A stretch of 64,000 bases of DNA from Felis catus. Taxonomy: Eukaryota. The position numbers and the translations under genes were made by a program. Positions 1 to 12,511 of the stretch are shown here, piece by piece (position 1 is the first letter of the stretch; every line of letters starts with the position of its first letter). The DNA lies in assembly GCF_018350175.1 (NCBI RefSeq), contig NC_058385.1:42036001-42100000 (forward strand), given 5' to 3'. The notes below the pieces were generated by a model, which worked only from the letters and a program-made list of their open reading frames with translations, ran no database searches and was not told the DNA's origin.

Positions 1-189
1 GTGTTTTACTTTGTTAGAGTTCCTATTACTTCTAGTAGGCTGCTAGGGCAATTACACAGTACCCTTCTGGATACTTCTCCTCTGAGGCAATCTTAAGAGG
101 TTCATTCTTTCTACAGGCACATGTAAAAGAAGCTCTCATTAAAACTATTGGGGAAAAAACTGTGAGCAAGAATTTGTGAGACTTAATCT

Positions 190-667
190 TGTTATGGTAG
201 AATAAAGGGAAGTCAGATTCTTTGCTACTACTCCTTTTGAGAGATGGAATCTAATTGCTCACCCCTTGAGTTGGGCTGTTACTCCTGGGTTGCCTAATCA
301 AAAAGAATGTAGACCCAGACCTCTTTGAATATTCAGTCTTGAGATACAGCTGCTATGTTATGAGGAAGTCCAAGTATCCCATGAAGAGGCCCCTGTGAAG
401 AAGAACCAGAGTCCCAGATGACAGCCCGGGTTGAGCTCCCAGATGATAGCCAGCATCAACTTAGCACACAGGTGAGTGTATCATCTTGGAAGTCAGTCTT
501 CCAGCTCCAGATGAGCCTCCCCCGCTGAAGCTGCATGGAGCCGAGATGAACCATCCCTACTCCATGAGAGCTCTACCCTAACTAGATTTATGAGCAAGAT
601 AAATGACTGTTTTTGTTTTAAGCCACTCTAGTTTTGGGTTGTTATTAGACAATATACAACCAGAACA
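190..667 (+). mobile_element. MaLR solo LTR (MLT1G/H-like)
   Basis: Starts TGTTATGGTAGA; MLT1-type motifs 'catcttggaagt...ccagctccag' and 'ataaatgactgttttt...ttttaagccact...ttttgggttgtt'; ends ...aaccagaaca. Confidence 0.75.
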
Positions 668-1845
668 CTTAAGAGAAAGCAAAATAGATTCAAGATACTG
701 ATAATTCTAGCTGGATGTTTCAGAAATGGAGAGGCTTTTAATTAGACTCTTAATCATGCTATCTTGACTATGGTGCTCCGAAATGCTTATTGAGTGGATG
801 AATGAATGGTCATTTCATCCTTGCTCTCTTCAGAATAGGGAATAAAAAGAAACTTTTGGCAGTTCTTTTCTAGGAATAGGACTTAAAACTTCAGTCCTTT
901 CTGTTTCTTTGGAACATCCAGAAGAATCCTAGAATCAAAGAGCTGAAAAGAGCATGTGTGATTTGTCACCCTGCCCTGGGGTTACATGGCACTTCATTCA
1001 TATGCTTTCCAAGTTGGTTTTATTGCCTCTTTAACTTTTCTCTTGAAAATCTCAAGAGAAGAAAAGCATCAACCTCAGTTTTGTGACCAGTGAGTCATTA
1101 ATATTATTCAAGAAAGTGGAGAAAAGAAACCTATCCCTTTAATTTATAATAAAAAAGTATTTATTTATATTTTCTTAACTGTACTTCCACATTTTGTGTA
1201 GTGAAGTACACTGCATCTTTGAATGTTTTCCCAACAGATGAGAGAATTCCCCTTTTCCCCCCCCCCCCAAAGAATTATTTACAGCTGTCCATAGAGCAGA
1301 GCCCAGAACCTTAGAGAATGGTGGTCTACCTCAGTGGCCAGTGGATGCCAGATCTCTCTAATGGGGACATTGCCTTGAGTGACTGGGCTTTCAGGCACCA
1401 TAGAAACAAATTCTAGGGTTAAGTTTGCTTCCAGCCTGGGCATTGCTTTTGAGTGCTTATGCTTATAGTGCATACTATGGAGATTCCTGGATTCTTCAGA
1501 TGAATCTTGTATATGGAGGACATGTTTAAGAGGAAGGTTATGACCAGTAAAGTCCTTGCCTACAAAGCTGTTTCAGTCTGTTAAATTATGTCTTCAGTTT
1601 TAATATCTGCCTCAAGGAGGCAGTTTGATACTATTGTGAATAGCTAAGAGTTGAGAAAGAGCTGGTAATTCACACAAATTGGCTCTGTGAATTTTTCTAG
1701 TTGTGCAACTCGTGTTCTCTACTGAATGTGAAAAAAGAAGCTGGGGTATGTGTTTTGCTAAATTCTAAGAGCAACACCTTTGTGGGACAGAGTAAACTGG
1801 AGAATTGCCTCTTAAAGTCCAGTGTGAAAACCCCATTGCTGTAAG

Positions 1846-1990
1846 GCAGTGTTTTCAAAGGGCAGCCTGCAAACCATTTTTACCAGAGTTAACTAGTGTG
1901 GTGTGTGTACTATTCAAATACCTGGGCCTTACGGTAAACATAGTGCATCTGAAGGGGGCTGGGGCAGGATTCTGCTTTTCTAATTAAGCC
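1846..1990. mobile_element. degenerate hAT-Charlie MITE (MER5-like)
   Basis: cagtgttttcaaa terminus and 'ggggcaggattctgcttttctaa' resemble MER5; highly diverged. Confidence 0.4.
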
Positions 1991-2480
1991 TTTCCTGTTA
2001 TTTAAAAGGTCCTGACACCTGCTGTCTCTGCAGGAAGACAACCATTTCAGAGACATGCCTTCCTCTGTGGTTTGTGAACAACCATCTCAGAGATAAAAAG
2101 AGCTTTAGGAGACACTGAGAGATGAATATTTCACATTCCACTGTCCCCAAATGATTGTCAGGAAGTGGAACTTAGACTGTGGTCTTTGGGACTCCATAAG
2201 TGGTTCTGAACAGGAATCTTTAAACTTGTGATAAACCATTTTCTACTTTAGATTTCTACCATTGATGTTCTTATGCAGAAGGACCATTCAGTAGAGCTTT
2301 GGAGCATTTGTTAAAAATACTACATTATCAAGATCTTGCTTAACCTAACAGCGAGAAATCAAAGGGGATGGATATTTCCCTGTTTAAGAGAATACTTTGA
2401 CACTTTAGAAGTTGGGGTTAGAATATTTTGTTCCTTATGATGCAATGCAAACTTTTGGTCACAAAAACATTGTATTAAAT

Positions 2481-2931
2481 TGTTACAAAGTGGTTCCAGT
2501 AAATCACACCTCCCTGAATTGAACCTGGGCTGGTCTAATGACTTGTTGGGCTAATAATACTTGGTGGAAGAAACATTGTACAAGTTCTGGGACAGAGTCC
2601 GCTTTAATACTCTTGTGGTTTGTCATGTAAAGAAACTTAGGCTAGCCTTTTTAAGGATGAGAGGAGCTGGGGAGGAAGATTCCCTGGTGGATAAATGACT
2701 ATGAGCTGTCATAGGTGAGGTGCCAGAGCTGTGAGTAGAGCCATCTTGGATTCTCTAGTCTCAGTTTGCCAACCGGCTGAAAATACATGAATGAACCCAG
2801 AGAACTCATGGAGCAGGCAGAGACAATCTACCCAGCTGAGCCCAGCCCAAATTATAGAATTACGAACAAATAAATTTTAGGTCACCAAGTTTGGGAATGA
2901 TTAGTTACATAGCACTAGGTAATTGTTAACA
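2481..2931 (+). mobile_element. MaLR solo LTR (MLT1H/I-like)
   Basis: 'gccatcttgga', 'cccagctgagcccagcccaaatt', 'aataaa...aagtttgggaatgattagttacatagca'; TG...CA ends. Confidence 0.7.
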
Positions 2932-3064
2932 AACATGGTTGGAGACATGTGTCCTTTGAGTCACATGACATTTGGGCAGGCCATTTAGAAGGAACAATTA
3001 TGGAAACAGCTGCGGATGATGACACTCTAGTTGGGTTGTGGATACTTACATTTTCTCTGAGGGA

Positions 3065-3245
3065 TTGCAGCACCATATCTTGTGCATACTTCTACTTGGC
3101 ACCAATGGTATAATATTTGTTTCTCTGCCTATCCCCCTAAAATGTGAGTTCCTTGTAAAAGGGGTCATATTTCAGTCATTCTGTAGCTCTAGTGCCTAAC
3201 AGTGTTTACGTTATAGAGGTTACTCAAGAAATGTTTGTTTAAAAA
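3065..3245 (+). mobile_element. L2 LINE 3' end relic
   Basis: 'tgtgagttccttg...ctagtgcctaacag...ctcaagaaatgtttg' matches the L2 3' tail. Confidence 0.65.
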
Positions 3246-4510
3246 AATATTTAAAAAACCTAAATGAAGTGCTACTGTGTTATCAAGAAGTAGGAAGGAA
3301 ACGGTGTACTCTTCAATGAGCCAGTAATGAGTATTCTAGTGAAACCAAAAATGGCTTCTTTTGAATTTAGGATTTTTTTCTTCTTTGAGTTTCACGGTTT
3401 ATATATCCTTTCTATTTCCTTTCCTGGATGCTTGGTGCTTCCTACATTAATCCTTCACTTTGTGGTAAATACTATTGCTACCTAGAAAAAGAAAATAGAA
3501 CTTCATTGTTGGATTTTCTATCCCATGATTTAATTCCATCAATTTAACTGGCTGGTATGAAAAGACAATTTCATTTATGCCTATAGTTGGGAAAATACAA
3601 TGGAGCTTTAAATGTTTGTGGTGACAGTATCTTAAAAGGTCACACAATGTTGACATCAGTTTTGAAAACTGTTACATACATGTGAGTGTGTTTGTGGCTG
3701 CTCAGGGTATGTCTCTGAGTGTATTACTAAGAGTGTTATTCTGTTTCTCTCCCCCTATTTCCTCTTACCCTGGTTTTTGTCTGTCTTTTGATTTTCTATC
3801 TTTATAAACACTTGTTGTCTGTCTTATTCAGCATTAAAATCAAACTGCAGCACATACTTTTCTAATTATACACCATTTGTATTTTTTGCTCTTAATCTAA
3901 GAATCAAATAGAACATTATATGACTGTCTTTCTTGGAACACCCCTAATTATGAGGAAGGCTTATATAACTTATGCCACTGATTATTTTTCTGTGAGTAGT
4001 GGCCCTCCATATTAGAAAATATCCTCTCTATTGGAAGAGATCTGGGTTATGACACTTTTATGGGCCTGTTTCCTCTTTCCAAACATACTTAACGTGAGTA
4101 AATGGGCAAAGAGGAATGAAGTCTGGCTCAAACCTACTTATAAGTGCTCAGAGTACTTCCTTGCCTCTGTTCAGAGACAGGATCCCAGCTGGAATGGAAG
4201 CCCTGTTGACAGTCAGCCTTGACATTAGTGGCCTTTTCTGAAAACCAATCAGCAGATCGTCAGAGGTTGCTTTCCAACCTCCCTCTTGAGCTATTTAATG
4301 TTTAGAATAGAGTCTTACTACCCCTACCTGGCCCCGCCTCCACCTGGGAAAAGACAGAGTAGGAGTTACTGTGATTCTTCTGTCCATAATGAATCTGCCT
4401 GGTTTTCTGTCTCTTCTTTCTTGTGGACTCCATCAATGCAGAATCCCTGGTTCTTTCTTGGATTCCTAACTCTGAGGTCATAATTTCTAAACTCTACATG
4501 CCACACAAGT

Positions 4511-4905
4511 ATGGTAGAGACTGCTGCTGTCCACCAAGAGTCCATTCTTTCCTTCTATCCCCAATCTCACTAACAGTTATATGTATTTATGTAACTGAAT
4601 TCATGCCAGTGGAATGTGTGTGAATATGGTATAGACCCATTTGGGCTGGCCATAACCTTCCATGTTTGTTCCTCTGTTCTTTCTCTGTTGTGCACAACTG
4701 GAATGGCAATGCCCAGGATGACCTTGGAAACATGGTGAAGATGACAGAGCTGCTGTCAGCTTTGGTCCATGAATACCTACATGGAACAGACCTCCCTCCT
4801 TCAGTCTGGAACCACTCTAGACTGTTCTGTGTATGAAAAATTAATTCTTTGGGGATTGAGGCTTTGCATTTTGGGTATTCAGCATTTAGCGTACCCTAAT
4901 AAACC
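4511..4905 (+). mobile_element. MaLR solo LTR (MLT1J-like)
   Basis: 'gaccttggaaacatggtgaagatgacagagc', 'cctacatggaacaga' and the LTR 3' end pattern. Confidence 0.65.
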
Positions 4906-5017
4906 AAGATAATCTAACAATTGTGCAAGTGTTCAGTGAACAAATTCAGCCTAAGACATTGGTACATTGTAAGTGGCTTATAGTGGAAAGAACTCTATGG
5001 TGAGCATTCCAGAGCAA

Positions 5018-5020
<3 letters not shown>

Positions 5021-5056
<36 letters not shown>
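5021..5056. repeat. (GT)18 microsatellite
   Basis: Direct reading. Confidence 0.97.
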
Positions 5057-5060
<4 letters not shown>

Positions 5061-5100
5061 ATTTCAGGTGGAAAGCAAATCTGCTTCTGACATAATGAAG

Positions 5101-5157
5101 TCTATCAGTTAGCTTATGCTGTTGAACAAACCACCCCAAATATAAGGACTTAATAAC
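5101..5157 (-). mobile_element. MLT1 LTR, 3' piece (continues at 6503-6907)
   Basis: 'tatcagttagcttatgctgttgaacaaaccaccccaaa' is the reverse-strand MLT1 terminus. Confidence 0.65.
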
Positions 5158-5164
5158 ACTTCTT

Positions 5165-5382
5165 TTTTTTTTTTTCAACGTTTTTTTATTTATTTTTGGG
5201 ACAGAGAGAGACAGAGCATGAACGGGGGAGGGGCAGAGAGAGAGGGAGACACAGAATCGGAAACAGGCTCCAGGCTCCGAGCCATCAGCCCAGAGCCCGA
5301 CGCGGGGCTCAAACTCACGGACCGCGAGATCGTGACCTGGCTGAAGTCGGACGCTTAACCGACTGCGCCACCCAGGCGCCCC
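5165..5382 (-). mobile_element. young felid Can-SINE (SINEC_Fc-like)
   Basis: Full-length tRNA-derived head (rc ggggcgcctgggtggcgcagtcgg), (CT)n, A-tail, CpGs intact; TSD aacacttctt at 5155-5164 and 5383-5392. Confidence 0.96.
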
Positions 5383-5392
5383 AACACTTCTT

Positions 5393-6348
5393 AAAAATTT
5401 ATTTAAATTTTACTTAACATATAGTGAAATATTGGTTTCAGGAGTAGACTTCAGTGATTCATTCGTCACTTACACACAACACTCAGTGCTCATCACAAAT
5501 GCCCTCCTTAATACCCATCACCCATCCAACCCATCCCCCACCCCTTCCTCCATCAAACCTCTGTTTGTTCCCTATCATTGAGTCTCTTGTGGTTTGTTTC
5601 TCTCTTCTCTCCATCCCCCTTTCCATAGGTTCATCTGTTCTGTTTCTTAAATTCCACATATATGTGAAATCATATGGTATTTGTCTTTTTCTGGTTGACT
5701 TATTTCATTTAGCATAATACATTCTAGCTCCAGCTGCATCATTGCAAATGGCAAGATTTTATTCTTTTTGATGGCTGTGTAATATTCCATTGTGTGTGCG
5801 TGTGTGTATGTGTGTATACTGAAAACATAACGTGTGTGTATGCACACACGTGTACACACACACATACACCCACTTCTTTATCCATTCATCAGTCAATGAA
5901 CATTTGGGCTCTCTCCATAGTTTGGCAATTGTCAATAATGCTATAAACAATGGGGTCCATGTACCTGTTTGAATCTGTATTTTTGTATCCTTTGGGTAAA
6001 CACCTAATAGTTCAATTGCTGGATCATAGGGTAGTTCTATTTTTAGTCTCTTGAGGACTCTCCATACTGTTTTTCAGAGTGGCTGTACCAGTTTGCATTC
6101 CTACCAACAAGGCAAGAGGGTTCCCCTCTCTCTGCATCTTTGCCAACACCTGTTGTTTCTTGTGTTGTTGATTTTAGCCATTCTGACAGGTGTGAGGTGG
6201 TTTTGATTTGTATTTCACTGATGATGAGCAATGTTCAGTGTCTTCTCATGTGTCTATTAGCCATCTGGATGTCTTCTTTGGAAAAGTGTATATGTCTTCT
6301 GCCCATTTCTTAACTGGGTTATTTGTTTTTTGGATGTTGAGTTTGAGA
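5393..6348 (-). mobile_element. carnivore L1 3' end (3'UTR + ORF2 C-terminus remnant)
   Basis: ORFs 5647-5865 and 5759-5950 give L1 ORF2 C-terminal peptides (MFIALLTIAKLWREPKC, MEYYTAIKKN); runs into an N-gap. Confidence 0.92.
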
Positions 6349-6486
6349 NNNNNNNNNNNNNNNNNNNNNNNNNNNNNNNNNNNNNNNNNNNNNNNNNNNN
6401 NNNNNNNNNNNNNNNNNNNNNNNNNNNNNNNNNNNNNNNNNNNNNNNNNNNNNNNNNNNNNNNNNNNNNNNNNNNNNNNNNNNNNN
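6349..6486. other. assembly gap
   Basis: N run. Confidence 1.
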
Positions 6487-6502
6487 CTTAATAAAATTTG
6501 AA

Positions 6503-6907
6503 TTAATAACTGATACTATTAGCTCACTGTTCTGTTGAGTGACAGATAGTTCTTCTGGTCTTTCCTGGGCTCACTCACACGCCCGCAGGTCAGCAGGCAG
6601 CTTGCCTGGGGCTGAATGGTCTAGGATGGCCTCATGGCTGGGGTACATTGGTGGTTCTCCAGCAGGCTAGTTGGGGCACGTTCACATAATCTCAAGGTTC
6701 TGAGTGTAGCAAGAGAGAGCAAGTGTCACAGCATGAGCATGTTTCAAGCCTTTTCTTGTACCATATTTGCTAATGTCCCAAATGGCTAAGGCAAGTGACA
6801 CGACCAACCTCAGGTTCAGGGAGTGGGGAAATGGGTTCTTCTGGATGTGGGATTGATGGGAGGAGGTACAAAATATTGTGGCCTTTTGGGGGGAAATTTA
6901 TCATACA
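6503..6907 (-). mobile_element. MLT1H-like LTR, main piece
   Basis: 'tgggctcactcac', 'ggtctaggatggcctca', 'ctccagcaggctag', 'ggctaaggcaagtgacacgaccaac' are reverse-strand MLT1H hallmarks. Confidence 0.75.
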
Positions 6908-8260
6908 GAGTCATGAAAGGAAAGTGCCACAATGCTAAGCAACCTCATGGAAGGCTGAAGAGCACTGATGGGATCAAGGAGGCTGGTCCCCTACGTCAGA
7001 AAAGTCACCCACCTCTTCTTCCCATCCTAGATGCAGGAATGGAAGCACGGAAAAACTGCTCATCTTGATAATCTCTAAAGTTCCATCCAGTACTCTAATT
7101 TTATCTTTCTTTCCCAGCAGAGGAGTCAGGGTCAAAGTACACATTATGGGAACTGAAAACATAATTTCGTGTGTTATTTTATGGTGGTTGCAGGGGCACC
7201 TCCTGACCAGCCAAACCCTGAGCAAGACTCAGAGTGAACCGGGTAGATGCCAGTGCCAAGGGCAGTGCCAGGGCAGAGCTGTGCCAGCCCAGCTGTGGCT
7301 ACTTCCATCTCCTTTCAAGTTTAACTTGGGTGAGTAGGAGGTGGGAATCCATTTTTATTTCTGGTCCGCTTCCTGCTGATTGTGATTCTTCCGTTAATGC
7401 CCTGTGCAAGTTGAATCTCACCTTCACTGTCCTCTTGAAGGCCAGATTCTCCTTTTATAGGTGTTTTCTTTTGCAGGGGTGGTGAACTGATGCAGCCACA
7501 TTTTCCAAATACAAATAAACTGGAGTGGAATGTGCCCTTGAAAGCATTAGTGCTTAGAGCAAAGTCCCAGAACTCTGGAGCTGTCAGCCTCCTGGGGGTC
7601 TGCTCTTGCTTTGCCAGAGCCTCTTGTTTAGGGAGAGACAGTTCTCCTCTTAAAGAAAGCAGCAGCCAAAAACCTTGAAACCTCCTTGAAATAATCCCTT
7701 TCTAATGCGTTGGGGAGGGAACCTTGATGGGAGAAGACAAAGGTGGGGTGGGGGCAGAATTGAGAATTTTGTCTTTTCCCCAAATAAATAGCTATAATGC
7801 CTATAGATCCTGTAGATTTTCCATTCCCCACACATACTGCCCCACACTTTTCTTCCAGAGGGATTTGTCTTAGGGGGTTCAGCTGGAACAGTGCTCTGCA
7901 TGCAGCCTCTTGCCCTTATAGCTTCTCCTTGTTTTCTTACAAATAGAAAATTGGGTGACAGCACCAGGAGAGAAAGTGCTAGCAGGGAAAAGGAGCCAGA
8001 GAAGAGCAGCCTCCATGCCTAAGGTGGGAAGAGGCATTTTCATGGAATGGGGGAGCTGATGGGCAGAGTGGGTATAAAGGGCTTCATGGCTCCTTGAGTC
8101 CTTCCCCTGCTCCCAATCCCACACACTGCAGACTGGTGCCTGCAAGACAGCTCTAGGTGCAGAGCCTGGGGTTCCAGAGCTCGGCTTAATTCTCTGAAAA
8201 TAATGACCAGGGCAGTAATGGTGGTGGCTGTGGTGGGGTTGGGCATGGCTGTGGCAAACT

Positions 8261-8310
8261 GGAAGAGGAGGAGGAGGAGGAGAAGGAAGTGAAGGGGGGA
8301 GGGGAGGAAA
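8261..8310. repeat. (GGA)n purine-rich tract
   Basis: ggaagaggaggaggaggaggagaagg...ggggagg. Confidence 0.85.
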
Positions 8311-9489
8311 TAAAGATCAAAATGAATTTTCCCAACTTCCCCCCCCCACCCCCGCCCACAAATGGGAATTTTGGGGTAAACATGGCTATTCTTTTCATTC
8401 TAATACTGCTGCTTCTAACAATTACAATTAATGATCAGGCGGAAAACACCATCTAGTAACTGGTGCCGTATCCTATGCTGTGATGCTGTTAGTACAACTC
8501 CTGGCCTAGAGGAGATCCTCAGTAGGGGCCAGTTTCTTTGAGAATAAAAAAATGAAATAGGGTTATCAGATTTCTAGTTAAGCTTAGTGACTCAAACTCT
8601 GGGCCACCACTGAATGGCTGTGCTGGGTCAGTATAAAATAGTGACTGTTGAAAGATTGTAACTGAGCTACAATGACCATTATGGATAGCAATTGGAGAAA
8701 AACTAGTGTGTGTGAGGAGATCAATGGTGAAAGAGGTTAGGATATAAATGAAGGAGAAAAAATTGGAGAGTGTGGGTAAATGTGGATTCTTGAAAAAAGG
8801 GAACAGCGAGAACAGACAACACAGTTGTTTGTGGGGGATATTTTGTGTGTATTGCAAAGAAGGGTAAGAAGTGACAGGAAGAAGTTTTCTTGGCATAGAA
8901 CTGCTACTCTGGGGAGGTTGACTTGGGGGAAGGCAGAGAAGCTTGTATAGGAGTTTCGGACTTTGTATAAAAGGACCATTAAAAGAAAATTTTTAGAGGC
9001 ATTATATCCAAATACTCCTTAAGATGTTTGCTGATCTACTCGGTCCAGGGCTGGCCATGATGAAAGATTAGTAGTAACTAGCGTAACCAGTAAATCTCCA
9101 GCCTTATTAGTCTGTGTCCTACTAATAAGAGTATGCTTTCTTTTAATATCCCAAATTAATTTTCTCAAATACCCATTCGCCTAATTGCAGGAAATTCATT
9201 TCTCTCAAAAATTCCCTAGCTAATTTTAAGACAACTTCCTTACTGTGTAATTAAAAGGGCTCAACCATGTTACTGCCCTGAGAACAAAGGGATAGACTAC
9301 TTCAAAGCCAAGTTCTGGGTTGCATCCAGAAGGCAGAAACTGTTACTTTGAGAAGGGAGTTATTTTTTCAGCTTTCAAACAAGCGAAGTTGGTCTCCGCA
9401 GGTACCTTGTTGCAATGCCAATAACTTCCTCCTTAAGTGCCTACTGTGTACCAGACACTTTTTCTTGGGTGCTAAATTAGATGAGACAT

Positions 9490-9921
9490 AGGTTAAGTTG
9501 TGCAACCAGGTTCCAAAGTAACAGCGGCTTAAAGAGCACAGAAGTTTATTTCTGTCGTTGTGGAAGTCTGGCTGGCTTTTTGGCTCTGCTCTGCAGTCAT
9601 TCAAGGTCCCAAGTTTCTTTGATCTTGTTGCTGTGCTATCCCCTGGGTGTTGTCCCTGCTCATACATTCCAAGGTGGTCACCATCACATCACACGCCAGC
9701 CAGAGCAAAGGAGAAAGTGGGAAAAGAGGGCAAGCCCAGAGATCACACACTTTTTTTTTTCTTTTTCACATTTTAGAACTTAGGCCATGACTACATCTAG
9801 CTGCAAGGGAAGTTGAAAATCTAGGTTTTACTCTGAATGCTCATGTGCCCGGCTATGAATGCTATTATACTGGAGGAAAGAGAAAGTGTATAATGAGTGA
9901 AAAGCAATAGTTGTTGCCATA
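9490..9921 (-). mobile_element. MaLR solo LTR (MLT1J-like)
   Basis: 'ggcttaaagagcacagaagtttatttct', 'agaacttaggccatgactacatctagctgcaagggaag'. Confidence 0.75.
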
Positions 9922-10529
9922 GGCACCTAACATATGTTTTTTTCATTTAATAGTTACTGCAGCTCTGCAAGATCATTGTATTATTTCTTGGAAATTTAGA
10001 CTTAAGGAGGCACCTTCCATTGGTCGGACTACCAGGAAGCCAGAGGACAGGGAAGCCTAAGGAATGCAGAGAGCAGAGGAGGGGAAAGGTTGGGAATGGA
10101 TTGAGAGCAAATTGGTCTGTGACAGGCACATCATCTGGAAGTCCCCATGGACTTGGCTTGTGAAGAATCCCTATATCCCCAACAAAATGCAAATACTTAT
10201 TTGTTGGCTATGTGTCAGAAGGATATGTGCCTAAGTACAAAAGGGTTTAGGGGAAAAGAGTTAGGATAGTTGTGAGTGTGAGATTTATAGCACAAGAGTG
10301 AAAGGAAAATAGGTTAATTGTGCTTTCTGAAAACCCTTGTCCCTGTACCCAGGTTAGAGATGGAGAAGATCTGTTTGTGAATATTTGACAGGACATCAGA
10401 TTGGGAGTAAATGTAAAATAACACCAAGCCTCCCTATTCTCACACTAACTTGAAATGATGCTGGCACATCATAGAAATGAAGCTGTTTCTGTATGCCACT
10501 TAATATTTGTAGGAACTGCTTTCAATTTC

Positions 10530-10760
10530 TCAGATGTTTCCTGGTCCTGCTTACCTCCTAGCCTCTGAACATGTTGTTCCTTTTGAAACTCCACCCCTAC
10601 ATCTCTGTTTCCATCCCCCGCCCCCTCTAAATCCTCTCCCATTTTCCTTCATTCAGCTAATCCCTTCTTCTCATCCATTATGTCTCAGTTAGATGCCAGT
10701 TCCTCAGGAGGCTCCCCGCAAACCTGGGTTAGACTTGTATGTATACTACTTCTACATTAC
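10530..10760 (+). mobile_element. L2 relic (3' tail resumes at ~11885-12025)
   Basis: Pyrimidine-rich L2 3' region 'tctcagttagatgccagttcctcaggaggct'. Confidence 0.55.
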
Positions 10761-10783
10761 TACAAGTAATGGTAATCCTATTA

Positions 10784-11175
10784 TTATCATAATTTTTTTT
10801 TTTGAGGGAGGGTGTAAGTGAGTGAGGAGCAGAGAGAATCCCACAAGGGGGGGAGAGATAGAGAAAGAAAGAGCTAGAGAGTGAGAGAGTGCAAGAGAGA
10901 GCATGAGCAAGTCAGAGCCAGCAGGGTGCCAGTGTGAGAGGGAACAAGGGAGGGGAGAAAGAGAGGGGAGGAGGGGAGAGAGGGAAGAGGGTGGGAGGTG
11001 GGGGAGGGGGAGGGTGGGGGAGGGGAGAGGGGAGACAGGGAGGGAGGGGGCGGGGAGGGGAGAGAGAGGGGGAGGAAGACACAGGGCATGAGCTCACCCA
11101 ACTGTGGGACTGGAACTCAGGAGCTAGGATATCATGACCTGAGCTAAAGTCAGATGCTTAACAACTGAACCACCC
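10784..11175 (-). mobile_element. felid Can-SINE variant with expanded internal purine tract
   Basis: SINE head rc 'tcatgacctgagctaaagtcagatgcttaac'; TSD tggtaatcctatta at 10770-10783 and 11176-11189. Confidence 0.85.
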
Positions 11176-11189
11176 TGGTAATCCTATTA

Positions 11190-11820
11190 ATGCTTATTGA
11201 GTACCTTTCCACACAGCAAGTGCTATGCCAAGGGCTTTCTGTGCCTTATCTCATTTTAATCACCCAGTTAGATGTGTACTATTTTTTTTCCCATATTTTA
11301 GGGTTGAGAAAACTGAAGATCAGAGAGGCTTAGGGTATTAGTTTCCTTCGGCTGCCATGACAAATTACAATAGGCTTAGTGGCTTAGAACAACAGAAATT
11401 TATTCTCTTATAGTTCTGGAGGCTAGAAGTCCAAAATCAAGGTGAGGGAAGGTTCCAGAGGAGCCTTTCCGCCCTCTTGAAGCTGCTGGAGGTTCCAGGT
11501 GTTTCTTGACTACATCATTCCAGTCTTTGTTCCTTCTTTCTCCTTTGTGTCTATGGCTTTTGTCTCTAATAAAAGCACTTGTCATTGGAGTTAGGGCTCA
11601 CTTACACAACCCAGGATGACCTTGTCTCAGTATCTTAACTTAATTACATCTGTAAAGACTCTTTATCAAAATAAGGTCATATTCACAGGTTTCATGATTT
11701 AGAATGTGGGCATATCTTTTTGGGGGCCATCACTAGATTAAGTAATTCAGACAGTTGCTCAGGGCTAGGATGTGAACTTGGGCAGTGAGACTCATGAACT
11801 CAAGCTTATAGTCTCTGCTA
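11190..11820 (-). mobile_element. MIR split by an MLT1C LTR
   Basis: MIR core 'cccatattttagggttgagaaaactgaagatcagagagg' ends at ~11333 and resumes 'ttaagtaatt...tgaacttgggcag' at ~11734. Confidence 0.65.
11334..11733 (-). mobile_element. MaLR solo LTR (MLT1C-like)
   Basis: 'gtattagtttcc...ggcttagaacaacagaaatttattctcttatagttctggaggctagaagtccaaaatcaaggtg'. Confidence 0.88.
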
Positions 11821-12511
11821 TTTTCTTTCCCTGTGTACTGTCTTGAGTATCCACTGACCCTATCTTAGTGCTATATACATGTATAGTTTCCCATTGACTG
11901 GTCTGTATCCCCTATTAAGAGCATCAGGAGTGACTGTCTTTATTGATACCCATTGTTTTCCCAGCACAGTGCCTGGTTGGTGGTATGTTTTCAGTGACTT
12001 TATGCTGAATGAATAAATTGATGCCAGTTACATTGCAGAGCTCTTCGGAGCACATTGTTTGATCTGAGTCACTGTACCGGCTGCAAAGCTGGCTGCCTCC
12101 TCATTGTCCCCTCCTTCCTGAAGGTGCTGCCTGCTTTTTGTTCTGTGCAGGTGTTGCCAGAGACTTTGCCCAGCACCTTGAGTGGCAGGAGTCTGAGCTC
12201 CATGCCTAGGCGGACTCTCCCTCATGCCCAGCACCCCAGCCCTATCTACACTAGGTGCGTGTCTACTTTTGGACTGGGATATAGTGCCATTCCATGGGAA
12301 TGGACTCCAGCTTTCTGAGCAGCCATGGAGGAGCTAGATGATACAGCGTAGTTATACTGGAGTCAGCTCATCATGGAGTAAACCTCCCTCAGTGAGAAGC
12401 AGGGAAATTTAGACTTACAGATCATTTGGAAAAACCGTAATTCTGCTTCGGCAGATGCCCCTTATGTCCTTTGACAGGATGTGAAAATTGTGTATCACTT
12501 TGAAATATTTC

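Noticed and set aside
5196-5417. Recurrent similar peptides (MGQRETEH..., also 52860-53090 and 22829-23059) suggesting a gene family
   Set aside because: Translations of Can-SINE copies.
5791-5870. TG/CA hairpin-like tract
   Set aside because: Slippage expansion at the usual (TA)n site of the L1 3' end; common.
10874-11137. Pro-rich and Gly/Arg-rich ORFs
   Set aside because: Low-complexity translations of the purine tract inside a SINE.
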